The notes beneath the pieces were generated by a model. That model worked only from the letters and a program-made list of their open reading frames with translations, was not told the origin of the DNA and did not search any database. Shown piece after piece: positions 59,353 to 64,000 of a stretch of DNA of 64,000 nucleotides. The first letter of the stretch is position 1; each line of letters opens with the position of its first letter. A program made the translations under genes and the position numbers. The DNA is from Candidatus Versatilivorator sp. (lineage in GTDB: Bacteria; Acidobacteriota; Terriglobia; Versatilivoradales; Versatilivoraceae), in NCBI GenBank assembly GCA_965207735.1, contig OZ242296.1, positions 2,592,001-2,656,000 on the forward strand, written 5' to 3'.

Positions 59353-62300
59353 CTATCGTCCTTGCTCTAGCTCCAATTGCTGCCGCCGTTGCTTGGAAAC
59401 CGGATTACGCTGGTTCGAAACCATGGGTGAATCCTTCACATTATCACCCCCGACAATCTTCTTAAGTCTATCGGATTCTGCAAGCTCTCGCTTCGTTTTC
59501 CCTCCGCGCACTTCCTTCACCGTGACTTGGGTGCCCTCGGGGAGCGTTCCTGACCTCATATGCTGCTGAAGTCGTTTCTGAGGATTGCCGGATTGGCCGA
59601 CATATTTTTTGCCAGTATCGTCAACGAATTCGTAAATTCCCTCCTTGACCGGGACGGTCATCTTGCCCTTACCGCTGGCCGCGCGAACAACGGCAGTACC
59701 TTTGTCAACCCGGTTGACCGCCCGTGCCACTCCACCCGCTGCCCGCGAGGCCCTGATGGCGGTGGCTGCCCCACCCGGCACTCCCGGTATGGCGGTAGCA
59801 GCTACATCCACAACCACCCCGGCAAGATCGACGGCGGCGGCTTTGTAATTTCCTTCTGCGATGTTGACGGCAGCGGATGCCAGTCCGATGGTGACGTTGA
59901 AAACATCCCAGGGAGATTCAAGGACGTTGCCGGTCCTGTCGACGTACTTGAGGGGGCTGTTCCGGGTGTAGGTGTAGAGATTCCAGCTCTGGGGATCGGC
60001 TGCGCCCTGATCGGCGAAGGGGGCATCGGCGGACGTAAACCGTCCTCCTGCCCCGCTAAAGTAGCGTGCCCCGAAGTAATCGAGCCCGGACTCGTTATCC
60101 CTTTCCTTGCCGGTAAACTTCTGGGCGGGTCCGTCGGCGCGGGAGGCGGTGTAGCCCGTGACCCCCGTGGCCTGGCCCCGATTCCCCAGGCCGGCGCCGA
60201 TCTCCTCCCCGAAGGGCAGGTAGTCGTGGCGGGAGAGGACCGACTGGTCCTCCCCGGTCACGACGCGGGTGCTGCCGAGATGATCGGGGGTGAGGTAGCG
60301 GGTCCCCGGCCGGTCCGGAGCCGTCCCCCCGAACTCGGCCACCAGTTGCCCCAGGACGTTATAGACGTAGGTGGTGGTGACCCCGCCTGAGCCCCCGACC
60401 ACCTTGCGGACCCTCCGGCCCTCTCCGTCATAGGCGTAGGCGGTGTCGCTGTCGGTGCCGGTGGGGTGGTCGAAGGCCACCAGGCGGTTGTCCCCGTCGT
60501 ATTTGAAGGTGTTGGCGGCCCAGTCGGCCTTGAGGTTGCCGGCAGCGTCGTAGGCGACGGTGTTGACTCCCTTGGTGCCTGCCAGCCGGTTGGTCCCAGC
60601 GGCGATGTCGGCCGTCGACTGGGGCGTCAGCGCCTGGTTCGATCCGTGGGAGGCCCCGGCCGTCACCCTCCGGTTGCCGTAGCGGTCGTAGGCGTAGGTC
60701 TGCGACCAAGCGGCGCCGCTGCCGCTTTCGGCGGCCGAGCTCAATCGATTCAGCGCGTCGTAGGTGTAGGCCTGGTTTTGATTCAGCGACGTTCCCACCC
60801 GGATCCGCTGGCTCAGGACGTTGCCGTTGTTCGAACTGGTGCCGTAGGAGTAGTCGAGCAGCAACAGGCCCGAGCCGGCCGGGGTCAGGCCGCCCGTGGC
60901 CTTGGTTGACCCCAGGCCGATTTGGGTCGGCTGCAGGCGGACGTTATAGCGCCGCTGCTCCCACAGCCCGTTGCCCAGAAGCAGCTGCTTCACCCCGCCG
61001 TGGGGCTCATAGCCGACGGCGTTATCCCCCCTCCCCCCGGCATACCAGCCGTCGGCACCCGTCTTGGCTCCCGCTATCCGCCCCGCCCCGTCGTAGACGT
61101 AGTCCACCACCCGGTCGGAGGGGTAGCGCTGCGAGGTCAGGTTCCCCGCACGGTCGTAGGCGTAGGCCATGGTGTAGGGAGGGTTCCCCCCGGTCCTCTG
61201 GGTGCTCTCCAGCACCCGCCCCAGCGCGTCGTAGCGGTTGTAGGCCGTCCGGGTGACGTCTGTCGTGCCCTTCTTCGCCGTCACCGAGCACAGCCGCCCT
61301 CGGGAGTAGCTGCCGCAGCTGTCATAGGCGTAGTCGACCCGGGTGGTCCCGAGGCTTACGGCAGTGTCGCTCCCCGTGTAGCTGTAGCTGCGCCGGGTCA
61401 GACGGTCCAGGCGGTCGTAGGTGTAGGCGGTCACCACCCCGCGGGCGTCGGTCCTTTGCGTCAGGTTGCCGTTGTTGTCGTAGGTGTAGGCGACGGTCCC
61501 GCTTTCGGGATTGGCGGCCGAGGTCAGGCGCGAGAGGCTGTCGTAGGCGAAGGTCCGGGTCTGGCTGCCCTGGGTGACCCCGGTCAGGTTGTCGAGGGCG
61601 TTGTAGGTGTAGGAGGTCCCCTGGTTGGGCGAGCCGACTGTGCCCAGGGCGGGGGGTGAGCCGGTGGGCTCATCCACCCGCACCAGGCGGCCGAGCCCGT
61701 CCAGACGGCTGCGGCGCGTCTTGCCGGCCGGGTCGGTCACGGTGGTGTATTCCCCGTCGTAGGCGGTCGCGGTCTTGCCCAGGGTGGGGGCGGCGCCGGC
61801 CGAGGGCTTGGCGGCCCCGCTGAAGCGGCCTACCTCCACCACCCGACCCAGATTATCCAGCCTGGTCCGGGTCCATCCCGACTTGGTCGTCCCCCGGTAG
61901 GGGTTCGAGGTGGTGGTGGTGCTCGAGGTCCCCGACCTCAGGTAGTGGGTCGCCACCTTGATGCCGGCCGTCTCCGAGTCGTAGGACGAGCAGTGGGCGT
62001 TGCGGTCAGACCCGGCCGGAAGCGGCGGCGCGTCTCCCTCGTAGCCGCGGACCAGCCTCACCCTTCCCAGCCCGTCGTAGTCGGTCACCGTCACCAGCTT
62101 CCCGTCCCCCTTGGCTCCCAGGTCGGATCGCACGATCATCCGCCGCTTCTCGTCGCAGTGCCAGCTTTGGGTCCGCCGCTCCTCGCTCTTCCCCGAGGAC
62201 TCCTTCACCAGGATGGCCCGGCCCACGTCGTCCAGCCCGGTCAGGGTCGCCACGCCGTTGTCCACGTCGGTGGATGAGGTCACCTGACCGGTGTGGAAGT

Positions 62301-64000
62301 CGTAGCCGTAGGTCATCGTCCGCGACACCCCGGTGCCGGAGGCCTCCACCACCCGGGTCGGGTAGAGCTGCGAGATCGACGGCGAGCCGCTGCCGGCGAT
62401 GGCCCCGTAGGTCCAGCGCGTCACCGTCCCCCGCCCGTCGGTGGTCGAGGTCCGGTTGCCGTGGCTGTCGTAGGCGTGCGAGAGGGTGAAGGAGTTGGCC
62501 GAGGTCAGCGTCCCCGACACCACCCCCGAAGCATTGGACTTGCCGATCTTCTCCCCCGTCAGGTTCCCCCGGGTGTCGTAGCTGAACTCCCGCCGCGACC
62601 GCTTCGTTCCCCCGCCTTCCCGGACCTCGGTCGAGGCCTTCAGCGTGAGCCGGCGGGCCGAGTCGGGATCGTAGTAGGCGTCGTCGTCCGAGGTGGCGGT
62701 GTCGGTGGCTGCCGGGGTCGCCGACCGGTAGGCGTGGGCGGTGGTGCGCCGCTTGCTCCCGCGGCTCCGGGTCGGGTTGCCGCTCGCATCGTGCACGGCG
62801 GTGTAGTCGACCCAGTCGTACTCCTCCACCCGGGTCAGGTTCCCGTTCTTGTCGTAGGCGTAGTCGGTGACCGCCGTCTTGTCGGTCGTCCCCTGCTCGG
62901 TCCGGTACTCCGACTTCACGTAGGGGTTGGCCTGAAGGATCGAGGCCCGCGTGATTCCAGGCGACCCGATGGATGGGATGTTGTAGGCCCACTCCCGCTC
63001 CATCACCCTGGAGAGCTTCGAGTCCAGGCAGTTCGGCCCCCCCAAGGGAATGGTGGCCTCCTCGCAGTACTCGACCTTCGCCAGCAGGCCCCCGAAGGCG
63101 GCGTTGCGGCCGTAGGTCTCCCGCCTCTTCCCCCCTCCCGGGGTGGTGATGACGGCCTGGAGGTTGGGCGCGATCCGGTAGTCCCAGCTCTCGGTCTGCC
63201 TGGCGCTGCCGAAGCCGGTCGGGTAGCTGACGCTCTTGGCCGTGATGGCGTTTTCCGCCGCCGCCTGCGCGTTGTGCAGCGCCGAGGCCGACTCCATGTC
63301 GGCGTAGTCCTGCACATAGGTGTAGGTGGCCTTGGCTCCCCAGGGCATGGTTGCGGTGCGCAACTCCCCCAGCCCCCGCGAATGGGGCGCGTAGGGGGCG
63401 CCTGAAGGGTTGCTCTCGGCGCCGTTATAGGTGAACCGGTAGTCGAGACCCCCCACTTGGGAGGGCAGCACGATGCGGGCCACCATCCGCAGGTCGCCGG
63501 CAATGAAGCCCACCGTGTCCTCGCTGTTGGTCGTCGAGGTGGCGGTGCCCGCCTCGTTGTGCTGGATCCTCCGGATCGGGTAGGTGCGGTTGACGCTCGT
63601 TTCCCCCCACTCCACCGTCCAGGTCAGATCCTCGCCCCCGGCCCCCTTTCCGGTGATGGTCTGGCGGTTCGGATCCGGCCGCTGATTCTCCCCCGGCTCG
63701 ATCCGGATCGTCCGCCCCGCCTCGTCCCGGATCAGATCGTAGGGAGCGTCGTCGTTGTCCAGCAGCCGGCTGACGGTCACCGCGCCGGCGTCGCTGTCGT
63801 TGGGGTCCAGGAAGCGGTTGGCCATCAGCCCCACCCCCTTCACCTGACGCCCGTCGGGAAAGGTCAGCGTCCAGGGGTTGTCCTGCCACTGATAGACGTC
63901 GAGCAGGGTCGCCGAACTGCCGGTTTCGAAGTCCAGCCGCAGGTAGGTCCCGTCGGTGCTGTAGTAGCTCACCGTGCTGTTGGCCGCCGGGGCCGTCCAT
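59353..64000 (-). CDS. RHS/YD-repeat polymorphic toxin with C-terminal GIY-YIG nuclease (N-terminus outside window)
   Basis: YD repeats, PDHLGSTR, FTGKERDNESGLDYFGARYF, NLYTY..NSPLKYVDRTG, then a hydrophobic linker and EGIYEF..KKYVGQS..RLQQH; frame open to the window edge. Confidence 0.92.
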   Translation of the reverse strand, partial: WTAPAANSTVSYYSTDGTYLRLDFETGSSATLLDVYQWQDNPWTLTFPDGRQVKGVGLMANRFLDPNDSDAGAVTVSRLLDNDDAPYDLIRDEAGRTIRIEPGENQRPDPNRQTITGKGAGGEDLTWTVEWGETSVNRTYPIRRIQHNEAGTATSTTNSEDTVGFIAGDLRMVARIVLPSQVGGLDYRFTYNGAESNPSGAPYAPHSRGLGELRTATMPWGAKATYTYVQDYADMESASALHNAQAAAENAITAKSVSYPTGFGSARQTESWDYRIAPNLQAVITTPGGGKRRETYGRNAAFGGLLAKVEYCEEATIPLGGPNCLDSKLSRVMEREWAYNIPSIGSPGITRASILQANPYVKSEYRTEQGTTDKTAVTDYAYDKNGNLTRVEEYDWVDYTAVHDASGNPTRSRGSKRRTTAHAYRSATPAATDTATSDDDAYYDPDSARRLTLKASTEVREGGGTKRSRREFSYDTRGNLTGEKIGKSNASGVVSGTLTSANSFTLSHAYDSHGNRTSTTDGRGTVTRWTYGAIAGSGSPSISQLYPTRVVEASGTGVSRTMTYGYDFHTGQVTSSTDVDNGVATLTGLDDVGRAILVKESSGKSEERRTQSWHCDEKRRMIVRSDLGAKGDGKLVTVTDYDGLGRVRLVRGYEGDAPPLPAGSDRNAHCSSYDSETAGIKVATHYLRSGTSSTTTTSNPYRGTTKSGWTRTRLDNLGRVVEVGRFSGAAKPSAGAAPTLGKTATAYDGEYTTVTDPAGKTRRSRLDGLGRLVRVDEPTGSPPALGTVGSPNQGTSYTYNALDNLTGVTQGSQTRTFAYDSLSRLTSAANPESGTVAYTYDNNGNLTQRTDARGVVTAYTYDRLDRLTRRSYSYTGSDTAVSLGTTRVDYAYDSCGSYSRGRLCSVTAKKGTTDVTRTAYNRYDALGRVLESTQRTGGNPPYTMAYAYDRAGNLTSQRYPSDRVVDYVYDGAGRIAGAKTGADGWYAGGRGDNAVGYEPHGGVKQLLLGNGLWEQRRYNVRLQPTQIGLGSTKATGGLTPAGSGLLLLDYSYGTSSNNGNVLSQRIRVGTSLNQNQAYTYDALNRLSSAAESGSGAAWSQTYAYDRYGNRRVTAGASHGSNQALTPQSTADIAAGTNRLAGTKGVNTVAYDAAGNLKADWAANTFKYDGDNRLVAFDHPTGTDSDTAYAYDGEGRRVRKVVGGSGGVTTTYVYNVLGQLVAEFGGTAPDRPGTRYLTPDHLGSTRVVTGEDQSVLSRHDYLPFGEEIGAGLGNRGQATGVTGYTASRADGPAQKFTGKERDNESGLDYFGARYFSGAGGRFTSADAPFADQGAADPQSWNLYTYTRNSPLKYVDRTGNVLESPWDVFNVTIGLASAAVNIAEGNYKAAAVDLAGVVVDVAATAIPGVPGGAATAIRASRAAGGVARAVNRVDKGTAVVRAASGKGKMTVPVKEGIYEFVDDTGKKYVGQSGNPQKRLQQHMRSGTLPEGTQVTVKEVRGGKTKRELAESDRLKKIVGGDNVKDSPMVSNQRNPVSKQRRQQLELEQGR

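Noticed and set aside
56301-61170. RHS duplicate pair as a DGR template/variable repeat
   Set aside because: Differences are not adenine-specific, include an indel, and no reverse transcriptase is present.

Overview
GC-rich bacterial chromosomal segment, probably Acidobacteriota (inferred from the ClpC N-terminus [24 protein letters not shown], the ribH-nusB-lysS-lolCE-lolD-clpC-bamA-skp-fabZ-lpxA-lpxI order and TonB-C proteins). About 55 kb is housekeeping or metabolic: rel C-terminus, ridA, rpmB, tsaD, thrC, cysC, lon, uvrD/pcrA, trkAH, envelope/lipid A genes, glcDEF, dCMP deaminase, pyc, phosphoglycerate mutase and a UroD-like/corrinoid pair. Three features stand out. (1) A non-coding ~172-187 bp element occurs six times (a head-to-tail trimer at 5415-5828, singles at 34660, 40966 and 48799). 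It is bounded by a CT(G) core, carries four 10-bp-phased CACGAAG iterons, and supplies a stop codon and a probable RBS to host genes. (2) A polymorphic toxin locus at 56.2-64 kb: an RHS protein with a GIY-YIG nuclease tip, followed by an LRR candidate immunity protein fused to an apparently catalytically dead, acidified Vsr-like domain. (3) Fragments of a paralogous RHS gene are bounded by five alternating copies of an inverted-repeat site. No tRNA, rRNA, CRISPR array or intact transposase/integrase was recognised. All family assignments come from motif recognition by eye; no database searches were run.
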